Assembly (NCBI RefSeq): GCF_036588685.1
Contig: NC_086386.1
Location: forward strand, 64,914,001 to 64,978,000
DNA: 64,000 nt
From: Mytilus trossulus
Lineage: Eukaryota
Direction of reading: 5' to 3'
Positions within the stretch are counted from its first letter, which is position 1. Every line of letters starts with the position of its first letter. Of the stretch, positions 1 through 13,338 are shown in pieces. A program made the position numbers and the translations under genes. A model generated the notes under the pieces. That model did not search any database and was not told the DNA's origin. It worked only from the letters and a program-made list of their open reading frames with translations.

Positions 1-169
1 ATCCATTATTACTATAACACAATTTGGTCGCCATATAATATGTAGGTTTGGATGGCAGGCATTTGTTTTGGGAAAAAAGAGTCTGAAATCTACCTGTCAC
101 TTTGTTGATACACTCTTCACACTCAAACACAAGGCCCACTAGCCCAGGCTTGTAAAACTTGTCAGCCTG

Positions 170-255
170 TAAAAATCATCTCCAAAGGCCAAATTTGTCA
201 ACTGAAATTTTATAAAAATCATCTCCAAAGGCCAAATTTGTCAACTGAAATTTAA
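170..255. repeat. 43-bp tandem duplication
   Basis: taaaaatcatctccaaaggccaaatttgtcaactgaaattt(t/a)a occurs twice. Confidence 0.9.
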
Positions 256-2248
256 TAAAAATTCAGCTTGCAGTCCTAAATTTAAAAATCAATTGTAAAG
301 AATGTTGATAGGGTATTTCACTAAGATTTATCACAATTTATTTGAAGAATGCTTAATATTGAAAAAAATGAAGTTATTTCAGTTAGCCTCTAAAAGAAAT
401 CAGAATTTATCTTGTCCTAGATATGCATCCATGAAATATTTGCCACTGGACATTATGTATCAAACAATGTATCGATGGTCCCCACTCCTTATATCCTCAC
501 TGTTTTGGTGTTTTGGTAAAGATTTGACTTGAAGTGAATACTATGTTTTATCCTGGTGTAATATAGGAATGTTAAGTGGATTGGACAGGTGGACAGTTGA
601 TAAGACAGGAAAACATTGTACCATCTATCAGTAGTTAAGGAGAGACTTTTAAATCATAAAACCATTGATACAGATTTACAGTTAACTGAAAAAAATATAC
701 ATCAATATCTAGTGAAAAATAGTCATGAAATATTTAGGTATCTAAAAAATGTCAACCTACAGCCATCCAACAACCTTGTTGAACTAAGAATAGATATCAA
801 GATGTTTTACTGTTACATTATAACTCAAATTGTCTTTAATGATAAATAAGCACCCACACCATACATGCCATAAGGCAAGCTCTGATTAAGAGTTATTAAG
901 AGTCTAGAAAAGTCATGAACAAAATAAGCAGAGAATGTACCTGATTACATGTATACTACAATATAAATGTATATTATTTAACAATTGAGGTAAAAGTTAT
1001 CAAGTGAACTGACATAAGTGTTATCCTTACTTTTCACCTGATGACTTCTTCGGAAATCTGAAAACAAAATTGATATGAAACTTAAGAAAAAGATCACTTT
1101 CTTTAGATGAGCATAGATATCTTATATGTCAACACAATCACTCCTACAACAATCCATGTACTGGTGCATATATTGTTTGAACTTTTTTATCAAATGAATA
1201 ATATTATACATAATAGGGGAAACATGGGACTACAATATTGAATTTAGGGGGATAGGAACCCTGATTTTACTCATTTATGACACATAATTCACTTGAGCTA
1301 AAAAAAAAAATTGATTACTTTGGCTTGTCGCCTACTGTCTCGCAAGTGTTAATCCTGTAATCATTTCATTCACGTCTGACGCAGTATTGATCGCTTTAGT
1401 AGCTTAATTCTAGAAGCATGCATAGGATTTTGTTTACATCTTTTGTATGCAATATTATTATTATTGACTAAATGAATGATTAATTGTTTATCACTTGACT
1501 TTGAGAAAATGTTTTTCATTATAGTAAATAGATCAATTGCAAATATCGTAAACATGCTTAAGGCTTATGTAAACAAGTGAATGAAAAAAGTGGTAAAACT
1601 AATAAATTTGTACTTCTATTATGTTTTGAAGCTATTTCCAATGATGTTGCTTAAATGGTCAAAAACAAGAAAAAGTGAACGGGACTTCATTTACATAAGT
1701 CAGCTGGGCCTTAGAAATTTAAGTCATATTAAGGTCCACATTTTCAAGCTTATATTAATATATCCTTGGTTTTCAAATATTTGGCCTTGAGCTTTTGTGA
1801 TGAATAGCAGTTCCAGGAAAATAGTTTGGATGCACCAAAACTATAAAGTGTTATTTGTTGTCTTTATTTGGGTAATACAAAACAAACTTACAGGACAAAC
1901 CAGCCAAATTCTTTGCTGTATTGAAGATTAAAACATGCAAATATAATAAAGTATACTGTAAGTGAGAGCTCTAGAAAAAATTCCCAAACCAATTAGAGTG
2001 TAAATAAGATGCTTTTCAGAAATACATGTTGTGGAGTGATGTGTTGTATGCCAGACTTATTCAGGTTTTGACAACATTATTATCGGAGGCATGTAGATTT
2101 GTATAGTAGATACTTTATAAACGAATATACTTCTATTGTGAGATTTTAAAATAAAATAGTTGATTCTCATGCCATTCATGTACATGCATAACCAATGTAT
2201 TACTGTAAGAGGTTTTGTTTTTGTATGTTTTACCTGTTTATTTTCCAG

Positions 2249-2332
2249 GAAATGACTCATTTAGAGCTACCATTGACTGCCATATCTACTCCTCAGAAAG
2301 ACGAACACTTCCCTTTCCCAAATTCTGTTATT
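2249..2332 (+). CDS. AFF4: AFF exon: EMTHLELPLTAISTPQKDEHFPFPNSVI (ELL-binding region), phase 0/0
   Basis: Acceptor ttttccag, donor gtaagt. Matches the vertebrate AFF motif EMTHSWPPPLTAIHTP..KFPFP. Confidence 0.93.
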
Positions 2333-2868
2333 GTAAGTTTGTTTATTTTGTGTATTTTGTTAAAATCAAGTAAACTGTTGTTTTTTTTCAAACACCCTAA
2401 AAAAATGAAAATATTTTCTCATAAATTTTGCTATCACTTATGATGTTATCATGTAAATATGTTAGCAGATGTGGTTTTGACATGGATTAATCAAAGTTTA
2501 TATGAGTAAGGAAGTCACTTTCCAAAATTTCTCTTAATACTTTTGAAGATGTTTATTTTGTAATTCTGTATATTAACCCTTTGTATCAGTGTTGTTCAGA
2601 TGTTCTCTCACTCTCTTACATGTATGCTAATTGAAGAGACAGATTTAATCTTGTAGATGCCTTAATGGGTTGTCTTCTTTTGACTTTTACACATATCATG
2701 TAACTATTCGAACCAAAATCTACTTCAACAACAAAAATCTGTAATGTTTGAAATTTGGATTTTAACATTATTATTTTTTTTTGAAAAATATTAGCCAGCT
2801 TATTAATATCTTTTGATTTCCAAAATTGTATATTAATTCTTACAAATATTTCATGTTTTCTGTTATAG

Positions 2869-2893
2869 GGAAGAAGTTTCTCTGAGTTAAAAA
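2869..2893 (+). CDS. AFF4: AFF 25-nt microexon GRSFSELK(N), phase 0/1
   Basis: Acceptor ttttctgttatag, donor gtaagt. It supplies the phase shift needed between the 2249 exon (ends phase 0) and the 4569 exon (starts phase 1). Confidence 0.75.
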
Positions 2894-4568
2894 GTAAGTA
2901 GCATCTATCAGTATAATAGTGATACTGTGCCAGTAACAATAGTTGTGTTAGTGCCACTATCTGGTTAATAGGTTGGTTACAGTACAACCTGTTGTGTTTA
3001 GTATCTTCACTTGAGCTTATTTTATGGTGTTTTCATAATAATATGTATTTTTAAGAGATTGTGATGAGACATCAGAAATAAATAGAGTAGACATTTTTAC
3101 CTGTCATCCTGTTGTTTTACATTTATTGACTCTATATACAGTCCTATTGAGTGTCTTAACTAAATCCAGGTGTTATGTAGCATTGGATCCTTGATAAATT
3201 TCTACCTTGCAGTTTGGCCAGGTATGATTTTCTACCTTTTCAGCCTAGTATGAATTATCAAAAGTAATGCAAGGTCCCTCACTTCTAGTGTCATACGGTT
3301 ACCAATTCCTGTTGATTTATTATATTAAATTTATATGCAAAAACATAGTTAACATAAAAAAGTTTGTTTCAGATAAAACAGTTATAAATACTGAAATCAT
3401 GAAATGAAGGGGAAAAAAATCTGAGTGATATAATTGGAGTGTTAATTTAATATTTTTTAATCCTCCAATCTTTCCTCACAACAGATTGTGTCCTCCTTAT
3501 AGACAGGTTTTGACTACTTTTGACCTTTTATTTTTGACTGTTTAATGTTCTTCACCTATTATTCTTGGAGACAATTACTTCACTTCACCTCTGGATGATA
3601 CAATTTGGGCCTTTTTTATCATATATACAGTAATCTGCTTGAAAGTAAACCTAATCATGGTTTTGCTGTATATCAGCAGTTCCTTGCTCATTAAGGTAGT
3701 TAGTTGTCATTATAATTAAATCATTGTTAATTACACAGAACTTGTCATTTGTGTAAACATTCCACACATGTTTATACTACTGTTAGGATGATCACACCTT
3801 GCTACTGAACTCAGACCATAGGCTATAAAATCTATTATAGGTAACAACATATAGGTTACTCATTCTGTCACCTAAAGGATAAAGATCCTGTAAAACAACA
3901 ATGATTTAGTTTGATTCAACATTGATCACTTCAGCCCCCATGTGAATTAATTATATATTGGAGAATCATTTCTGTGGATCTCTTGGGCTGATTTAGGATC
4001 TTTTCTCTGTCTAACAGCATCATTTATTTCCATTATTTCATTGCTTCACAGAACAAGTAATGAAAACATGGAAGTGGCTTTAAAGAGTTATTGTGTATAG
4101 GGATTGCACCTTTTATTCCAAGGAAGATGTTCAAATTAAAGATAACATCCCAATGTGAAGCTCACTGCATGGTGTTCAAAGATCAGTGTAAACTGGTACA
4201 ATATAAAGAGTTGGTGAAGTCATGTGAAGAGAAACCAGTCCCATATCAAGAGCTTCAGAAGTTCAAATAATGCAAAACCAGTGCAATATTGATAGCTTAA
4301 GAAATCCAAATAAAATGAAACCAGTGCAGCAGTTTTAAAGCTCAAGCTCTAAAAGCCCAAATAAAATGAAATATATGCTATAAAATTAGATTATTAAAGG
4401 ATATAAAAGTAAAACCATTGCTTTATAACGAGATTTGGAAGTCCAGTTAAGCGGACAAGTGCAATACTACGTAAAGAATTTATGAAGCCATAATAAAGTT
4501 AAAAAGACATTGCAAAATACTTTTTTATAGGACTTTTTACCTGTAACTAATTTTGTTATTTATTTCAG

Positions 4569-4722
4569 ATCTCCAATCCAAGCTAAGCAAATGCCCTATA
4601 ATAACAAACGACTTGAAGAAAGATGACTTAGAGTTAGATATACCTTTAGTTGCTCCTATAGAGCCTTTAATCACACCACCAGAAACACCCATCAAACCAC
4701 CACTAGCTGCTAAACACCAAAA
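4569..4722 (+). CDS. AFF4: AFF exon LQSKLSKCPII...PPETPIKPPLAAKHQ, phase 1/2
   Basis: Acceptor tatttcag, donor gtaagt. Open 154-nt Pro-rich frame, phase-compatible with the next exon. Confidence 0.85.
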
Positions 4723-5374
4723 GTAAGTCAGCAATGTTATTTGATTTTACAATTGTATACAAATTTGTCTGATGTTAGATAAGTTCACATAGTTCCCATA
4801 AAGTTTCACATCACATTAACTTAAAGAGTGATTGTTGTTTTACATAAGAAGATTATTCGGAGCAGATCTTGGGTCATTCCGAGACAAAAATCAGCTAAAT
4901 ACAGAAAGAGTAAATTGTCTTGAGATAGAACAAAATTGATAGTAAATATCTTGCTGCTATATTGTGTAAACTGGAATTTTATGAATGCCAGTTTTCAGGT
5001 TTCTTTTATTTATTTCACATTCCTCACAATAGATGCTGTAAGAAAGTCATCAACATGTTTTAGAATAAGTAGCCACCTGAAGTGTTCCAAGTCATGAATT
5101 ACAGGAATATAACACCTGCCAAAAATACTCCAGTTTACAGTATTATGTAAAACTTTATCAGTGTAATCCACATGTTAGTTATATCATAATGGAGAAATTA
5201 CAAACTTTAATGTTTTAAATGAGTGGTTTGAGGAGTATTGGAGGTGACTTTACTAATGAGATTTTCTTCAGTTGAATTTGGCATGAACTTAAACTCTTCA
5301 ATCAAATATTAGGCACCTAAGTCAACAAAGAGCAATTTTAGACCCACCAATGATTAAATATTTAAGTTTCAGTA

Positions 5375-5553
5375 CTGTAAATTCAAAAATAATTGTGATG
5401 TATTTGTACGATAATGAGACGGGTGACTATTGCAATAATCAGAACTCGTATTTTGATCATTAATATATATATATATATCAGTATCCAGCTTTTCCTGAAT
5501 CTCTGGTTCATGGTTGGCCATGTGAATCTTACTTATAATATGTGAATTTCCAG
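5375..5553. mobile_element. Degenerate Tc1/mariner-like MITE with TA TSD
   Basis: ta|ctgtaaattca ... tgaatttccag|ta; same family as 11625-11834. Confidence 0.6.
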
Positions 5554-6542
5554 TACATAAGATTAATGATCATGCAATAGTGCACAGGTGTAACTATATC
5601 TGCTCTTAGTATCGTTGAAGTACAATAGTTCAAAAATTGAGAATGGAAATAGATGCTTATTAAATTTTTTGATATCAATAGTGTTAGAATCAAAGATGGC
5701 CACCAGGACTTTTAGTATTGCTAGTTGGCTGAAGTCAAAAGTTTTGACAATCTTCAACATAAGTTACTTGCATCTCTAAAGACAGACAAAATCTGTAATG
5801 GATCTCAGCTTGAACTGATCCTTTTGAAAGCATATAGCGGTCTTTTAGTTTAAGCATTAGAAAAAAAGAATTGAAAAGTAAATTAGAAATTGTTCTTGCT
5901 GTATTTATTGTTATGAGGACTTTTAAAGTGCAATTATGTCCAACTTAAGTTTGTGGTATTTTTAGGATATGAAAGACGAGATAAAATCAATCATATTTCC
6001 TTTGTACATCTTTGTTTAACTTATGTTCATGATAAAGCATTTTCATATAAAACTTAGTGGAAAAAAGCTTATGATTATACACTGATTAAGGATTTATGTA
6101 TTTTGAATATAAAGTTAAAAAATCAATAATGTTTATTCTTTTGATCTATCAATGAAATTGAATTTTCTTTAAGGGCATGTCCATAAATGTTATCGACCTG
6201 GCTTTGAAGACACTCGCACAAAAAATTTCTAATTCTAGGGATGGTTAATTCCATATTTAATTATCAAGTGTATATGAAGTATTACTATTTATGTAAGGGT
6301 TCTGAAAAGATCCTTTAAAAACACCATATATAGTTGTTTTAGAACCATATAATGGCATATTTTTACTATGCCTATATGAATGTTAAGCCAAATTTTTGTT
6401 TAAATTGATAGAAGTTATGATATTGACTTACAGATTGAGTTCACTTTTACACTTGGACTCCCTTACAATAGCGAAGGAGGGAGTCCCCCCCCCCCCCCCC
6501 CCCCAATCTAAAAATGTGAATGAAAGTAAATGATCTACTTAA

Positions 6543-6941
6543 GGATGTACTTAGGTGAGGTTTTGGAATTTGTGTCAAATGTTCGGACTCCTTGGTGGTT
6601 TTCCATACAGTACCATGTAAAATATTTTGCCCCATAACACCCATTTATTTTTTCATACAAGACTTAATAGCTCATTAAAAGTCATTTACCAAAATTTTAG
6701 AAGATTCTTAATTTTCTTTCTTCTGTTTTGAGACCTAATAATACCAATGCAAATATAAGGTAAAAGTCAGAATCAGCCTTTTCCCGCCATAATTTAAATC
6801 TCAAATATCTCGAAAAGGAGGTCCATGACCTATCAATATTTTTAGCTTATTGTTATCCTTAATTGAAACTCTACCAGCTTATAGTGTCAATTTTAACTTC
6901 TTAATTTATTAATTTTTACCTAACCTCACCTAAGTACATCC
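6543..6941. mobile_element. Non-autonomous Kolobok-like DNA transposon
   Basis: Perfect 20-bp TIR ggatgtacttaggtgaggtt / aacctcacctaagtacatcc, with TTAA on both sides. Purine-purine termini fit Kolobok rather than piggyBac. Confidence 0.8.
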
Positions 6942-9900
6942 TTAAAGCATGTATGATTGTACTTTTCATCAACTCATTTGAATGAGTTTTATTGGATGTT
7001 ATTAGATGACAGATGTTCAGTAGAGGTCTCCTTTCTTCATATCTATTACAGAGCTTCTCTCTTTCCTACTTAATTTCATGTCTATAAAACATTGCCAATA
7101 GTGAATACAATAGAAAGGCATTCCTACTTACCATGAGAATGTGTGTAGTGCAAGTACAATATAGTTGTATTCTGAAACTAGAAGTATAAACATTTGAAGG
7201 GATTTTTAAGTGTAGTGTAAGAGAATTATAATAACGGTAAGTAGCTTGATATTTCACGACTTAAGAACTCAATATATTAGCAGTGAAATGTCATCAGTAG
7301 AAGTATTGTAATGACATTGTCAATAACATGTAACAGTCTGTGTCATTTCCATCATGGTATATTGTATTTAAAAAGTGATTTTAGACATTATCATGTTTAA
7401 TCTACTGGAAACATATAGCCCAGGACTACACTTAGTGAGGACATATTATGTATTACAATATATATTTGTTCCTCATTAATTATTCAGGATATAATTCACT
7501 AAGTCATAATAAAGTGCATCTTACAATATTAATTTTGATTTCATAAATAGGTTATGAGCTACTAGTATTAACCACAGTTGAGAAATTGGTTGATGTAATG
7601 TTGGACATTGTTATTTGGTTTTTAGTCGAATTGAATTTATGTGAATTTTGTTTTGATTGTGCATCATGCTAGTTGCATATTGAGGATAACTCAATTATGA
7701 CTCAAACTCAGCAACAATTTATCCCATTTTCAAGTTCATAGTTTACATAGAAATCAGAGGGGAAAATGGGTTGATAGATCAAAACCAATAAATGATCAAA
7801 CTTACTTCAATAATTACAATGTGATGATTGGCTCTTCTCTTCAATCATTGTTGCTAAAGTATTCTTTTTAAATCACCCAAGGGACCCAAAGTTAAGTTTG
7901 TTGACATTTATTGCTTAGATTTTAAAGAGATTCAAGATTTGCTGAATCAGCAAAAATGATCAAACAAATTTCCAAGTGAAATGATGACAGCTTATCAGTT
8001 TGAAATATTTGTCAGTAGAAATGACCCACATTTGGTTACATGAGTTCTTGGTTTGATACAATACAGATATTGGACCAGTATTTCATGATCTTCTTTGTTT
8101 TCATACATTGCAAGGTTACGTGGAGTTTTTCTGGTCCTTGTTGTTAACCATCATACAAAATCCTTTTTGGCTCAACATCCCTAACATATAACATGTAGAT
8201 GTATTACACTATAAAAATGGATTGAACCATTTAAGTTAACATATAATATCCTATATGGTATAAATTATGTAACAATATGATGAGGGACCATTGTATCTAA
8301 TTATAGGGTTGTAACTTTAGAAGCCACAATCTTTATTCTTGACATTTAATCAATCAAAAAACTAAATTAATACAGATTCATCTATTTCATGAAGGTCATT
8401 ATATTTTTCTTGACTCTGATTCTAAAGGTTTTAGTACAATCAATATTCAGCCAATTGTTTAAATAAAAAAATTCAAATGGTCTTCAATACCATATAAGTT
8501 GTAGTAGTTAAGATGTGCACATTTCTGCAAATAACCGCAATGACTTGTACCTACTTTTGACTGTGATGAGAGTATTTTAAATGAGAACTTGTCAGTCAGT
8601 CAGGCAGGCATTGTCACTTGACCTTACCTCAAATTTCTTGCTTCATTTGTCATTTTTAAGTTTTTATGTGTTCTAAAAGTGAGAAGGTATACATTCCATT
8701 CTCAATTTTATGAATAAAATGCTGAAACAATTGTGATTGTTAATTTATTACATATACATGGACTTTTAAACCTGTTCTATTAATTTTGACCATTTAGCTG
8801 ACCTAAGCTTGAAGTTCATTACCCCTTAAAATTCCAAATTCACCACAGGCAAGACAGTTTAAATTCTTGTTTCCTAAATTATTTTCATTAAAGAATCTTT
8901 TTTACCCCTGAACTTTTGCCAATTGGCAATACAAGACAATTGAATGATCTCACTTATAATGAGTTAAATTAAGGTTATTAAGGACAGTCTTTGGGTTTAC
9001 AGTCAGTTTTGTATTGTAAAGATTATTACATCAAATCCTTTTTCTCCCTAAAAAAGAACAAATAAATTGACGGGTAGACTCATTCCATTTACAGATTTGT
9101 GCAGAATACTTGTCGTGGAGAAGAGAAAATTATTTGTCTATTTTGTTGTCAGTTTGATATCCAACATGTACATACACAGAGTAATGCACAATATTTACAA
9201 ATGTAGCAATTTCTGTCCTTTTGGGGAATAATTTAAAGGTCAGAAAAGATATAATTATACACTGATTTTTATCTGTTGATTACTTAATTTTTAGTTGTCA
9301 CTCTTTTTATGAAATGGCATGTTGAGGGAAGATGTTTAATGTTCAGTATATATTGTACAGGAGAAGCAGGTTGTTCACCCGTTCTCTAACACCTGTTTGA
9401 ATAACTTACCTGTGGTTAGGTACAAATATTGCTTCGTGTAGCTGCTGTTGTTGACAGAAAATTTATCTAAATTACATTTGTACATACTTTATTTTGTATT
9501 GTACAAAATCAGTCAAAGTCATGTTTTAACATATTTTAAACTTAAACATTGCCATGTTTACTGTGAGCTCTTTTGATATACATGTGTGTGTGTGTAATTA
9601 ATGTGTATGATTAATTTTGTCCTTGTTTTCTACGGGTTAGCCTTGTATTATATCATTTGGATATTTATTTGTCGTTTAGATCTGGTTCTTGCCCTTGTCA
9701 TACAGGTAACTTTGCTACATTTTATGCAAAGACAAGGTATTAAGTAGCTACAATTTATTGTAATTCCAACTTATGTTTATCTATTCTTCTTAGAAATTTG
9801 CAAGAAATTCTTTAAAATAACAGCTGACATTTAAGAGACAGCTATTACAACAACACATTATTACATCACAACTCTTTCTGAAATATGATTAGCTTTCCAC

Positions 9901-9962
9901 ATGTCTTGGAAAGTGGGGGTCCATAGGTTGTTACCAACACAATTTTGTTTAAAGGATGACAC

Positions 9963-10160
9963 GATTTTGGTATATAAAAATAGTGTAAGAAATGGAAGAT
10001 TTTCGTATATAAAAATAGTAGTAAGGAATGGCAGATTTTGGTATATAAAAATAGTAGTAAGGATAGTAAGGAATGGCAGATTTTGGTATATAAAAATAGT
10101 AGTAAGGAATGGCAGATTTTGGTATATAAAAATAGTAGTAAGAAATGGCAGATTTTCGTA
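9963..10160. repeat. ~36-bp minisatellite, ~5 copies
   Basis: Unit gattttggtatataaaaatagtagtaaggaatggca. It explains the repetitive ORFs at 9861-10259. Confidence 0.9.
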
Positions 10161-10185
10161 AAGAAACACCATATTCAAAAATTCT

Positions 10186-10464
10186 GTACACAACTGTATT
10201 CCTCCCTGTTTGTTGGGGATGTTGAACCTACTCGTGTACCATTAGTAAATTACAATTGAACAGGAGTACTTATGGTACACAACTGTATTCTTCCCTGTTT
10301 GTTGGTGGTGTTGAACCTACTGGTGTACCATAAGTAAATTACAATTGAACAGGAGTACTTATGGTACACAACTGTATTCTTCCCTGTTTGTTGGTGGTGT
10401 TGAACCTACTCGTGTACCATAAGTAAATTACAATTGAACAGGAGTACTTATGGTACACAACTGT
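10186..10464. repeat. 89-bp tandem repeat, 3 copies plus a partial one, with an internal hairpin
   Basis: gtacacaactg recurs at 10186, 10275, 10364 and 10453. 14-bp inverted repeat gtgtaccataagta / tacttatggtacac. Confidence 0.9.
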
Positions 10465-10483
10465 TTGTATATATATATATATA

Positions 10484-11238
10484 CTAGAACACACCCGTGA
10501 TATCACGGGTCAGTCACTAAATTAAAATATATAACTATGCGCAAGCCTTATTTTAGTATTACTTTAGTATTTTCATCTGATAAAGTCATGCCGATTATAA
10601 GATACACAGGTTTTCTCTGCTTTCAAATCTTTCTGTTAAACCCGAACTTATCAATTATTGGTAATATTTATTATTTGGAAAACAAAAGGTCCTGGAATGG
10701 AGTATTTTTTAATCAACAGCATTGTCCTATTCTATATAGATAAAAATATAAAGTTGAATTCTTTGATTCGATGTTTTTACGTCATGCCCACTAACAAATT
10801 GAAAACTGTACCTATACGCCTTATTTTTAGTCCATATTTTTAGTATTCGTATTGTTATCTTAGAAAGTCTTACTGATTAAAATACTACAATAGGTAACAA
10901 CTTGACACTTTAGTAGTGTCAACCCTGTGATCATGACCCGTGTATATAGTATATTAATCCTGAATACACCGTTTGGTGGTGTGCCTGTCAGATGCGGAAC
11001 GTATAGATAAGGTAATAGGTAACAGGTGAATATAATTGGTATCGGTATCGGACTGGACCCGGAACTTCTTAATTATTGGCAATATTAATTACGTGGAAAA
11101 AAAAAGGGTCTGGAGTGGTGTAATTTTTAATCTACACCTTTATACTATATTAGTTATATATAAAGTTGAATTCTGTGATTCGTCGTTTTTACGTGATGAC
11201 GGCTGACAAATTGGACCTCGTAATTTTAGTATTATAGA
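10484..11238 (-). mobile_element. Non-autonomous Helitron (755 bp)
   Basis: The minus strand begins TCTATAATAC and ends CTAG. A perfect 18-bp palindrome acccgtgatatcacgggt (10493-10510) lies just before the 3' end. Inserted between A and T; has an internal ~150-bp duplication. Confidence 0.88.
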
Positions 11239-11353
11239 TATACATAACTCATGGTACATAACTATATATGCAGTTGTATCTTGTTGTTGTCTTGTAACAA
11301 ATTTGTAAACTAATTAGAATATCTGTACTGATGGTCTTTTTTCTATTTCACAG

Positions 11354-11447
11354 AAATGATGATATTATATTAAGAGATCTGACTGTCAGTGATGACAGTG
11401 AAGATGAGGCGGAGAAAGAACCCATTGAACCTGTTGAACCAGTCAAG
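11354..11447 (+). CDS. AFF4: AFF exon NDDIILRDLTVSDDSEDEAEKEPIEPVEPVK, phase 2/0
   Basis: Acceptor tttcacag, donor gtaagg. Resembles the AFF motif MLKDDLKLSSSEDSD. Confidence 0.9.
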
Positions 11448-11624
11448 GTAAGGATTATCTCTCTTGATTTTTACTCAACAATGTATCCGAAAAATCTCCA
11501 GACAAATATGTAAACCTTTCAAATACTGTTTATCTTCAAATTTTTATCCTTCTTTTTAATTATTTTAACATACCGTAATTTGAACTGACATTTTTAAAGC
11601 TCTGCTCACATGGTTATTGTAATA

Positions 11625-11834
11625 CTGTAAATTCAGAAATTATTGGGAGAATTTATTAATGCAAATAATGCTAGTGGATGAAAAACACAATAATAAGAAC
11701 TTGCATACTGATATCTGATGCTTATATTTGTATGCAGATTTCCCTGAAATCGCAATAACTGATCAATCTCACATTTTCATCCATTCTACCAAAATCGCAA
11801 TAATAAATGCACACAATATTTTTTTAATTTACAG
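11625..11834. mobile_element. Tc1/mariner-like MITE with TA TSD
   Basis: ta|ctgtaaatt ... aatttacag|ta. Confidence 0.7.
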
Positions 11835-12540
11835 TATTTCTTTTCAAGGTCAAATACATGTAGCTCTTAGAAAATTGATTTGACATACATTTAGAAGTAA
11901 AAAAATGCCATAGAAAAAAACGAATATATGAATATCTATACTTAGAATATCTTTTATAACTTTTGCTTTCTTCTTGGACCTTTTCAATGTCATGTGTATT
12001 GTTTCCTACGCTATTTGTAGAATTGACAAAGTTGACAGTTAGTTTGTAATCACATTGATAGCTTGATAATAAGATCATTTTCTACAGACAAGAACTCTAT
12101 ATATAGAAGTTTATAAAGGCTGCCTAGATTAATTCTGTATAGCTGTAGTCCATATACTTTTGTGTATTGTTGTAGCTTAATCATTTTAACACGCCATAAA
12201 TAGATAGGTGCTATCATCAATAATCAAGGTATTATCAAGTTATCTCCTCAGGAGCATTTATATAATAGTCATTATCTTCAAATAAACAAAAATAGAAATA
12301 AAAGGATATGTTGGGGTGAATGAAATAAGGCAGCAAACTGCTCACATAAGTTGATAGACAGGTCATCCTTGGGCAGAAAATAATGCCTTTTACTTTATGT
12401 ATATTTGTAAATCAGAAATTTTGTATGTATTTTTTGTTATGTGATTTTGATGAATTAGCAAAAATATGAGATTATTTTATTGTGATTTTATTAGAAGCAG
12501 TTTACAAATATTTATATCAACATGTACCGTAAAAAGCAAA

Positions 12541-13338
12541 TTTTTATACCCCAGCTTTAAAAAAGGTTTTACCTCTGTCTGTCCGTCAGTCCGTCCGTCA
12601 GTCAGTCCGTCCCATGAAACTTTCATCACATTTTTCTCAGGAACTACAATACAGGGATTTCTGAAATTTGGTTTCAGGGTTTATCTAGGTCACCTATACC
12701 ATGTGATGCGTTTTTCAGATTGATCGCTTGGCAACTTCCTGTTTACCGAACACTTGTATGATTTTACACATGATAGCCAAGTTGAAAATTTTCGTCACAT
12801 TTTTCTCAGAAACTACAATACAAGGATTTCTGAAATTTGGTTTCAGGGTTTATCTAAGTCAGCTATACCGTGTGATGCGTTTTCAGATTGATCACTTGAC
12901 AACTTCCTGTTAACCGAACACTTGTATGATTTTACACATCATAGCCAAGTTGAAATTTTTCGTCACATTTTTCTCAGGAACTACAATACAAGGATTTTTG
13001 AAATTTGAATTCAGGGTTTATCTAAGTCAGCTCTACCATGTGATGCGTTTTCAGATTGATCGCTTGACAACTTCCTGTTAACTGAACACTTGTATGATTT
13101 TACACATGATAGCCAAGTTGAAAATTTTCGTCACATTTTTCTCAGGAACTACAATACAAGGATTTCTGAAATTTGGTTTCAGGATTTATATAAGTCAGCT
13201 ATACCGTGTGTTGCGTTTTCAGATTCATCACTTGACAACTTCCTGTTTACCGAACACTTGCATATTTTTACACTATTAATATTATCCACTTGCGGCGGGG
13301 GTATCATCAGTGAGCAGTAGCTCGCAGTTTCACTTGTT
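12541..13338 (+). mobile_element. Helentron-derived non-autonomous element (HINE/pearl-like) with 168-bp internal tandem repeats
   Basis: T-rich ends, subterminal inverted repeat atacccc/ggggtat, (GTCC/GTCA)n microsatellite, ~3.8 units of 168 bp, 3' hairpin gagcagtagctc. Confidence 0.8.

Noticed and set aside
4052-4380. Good acceptor followed by purine-rich sequence with ~42-bp degenerate repeats
   Set aside because: Stop codon in the needed frame and no convincing donor; unsupported as a coding exon.
7122-7140. Minus-strand ATG|gtaagt start-exon-like site
   Set aside because: Joined to the 1031-1057 candidate it hits a stop; no other support.
9861-10259. Repetitive ORFs on both strands
   Set aside because: By-products of the 36-bp minisatellite.
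12466-13320. Several similar short ORFs (…TTIQGFLKFGFR…)
   Set aside because: Translations of the 168-bp repeats inside a non-autonomous element.
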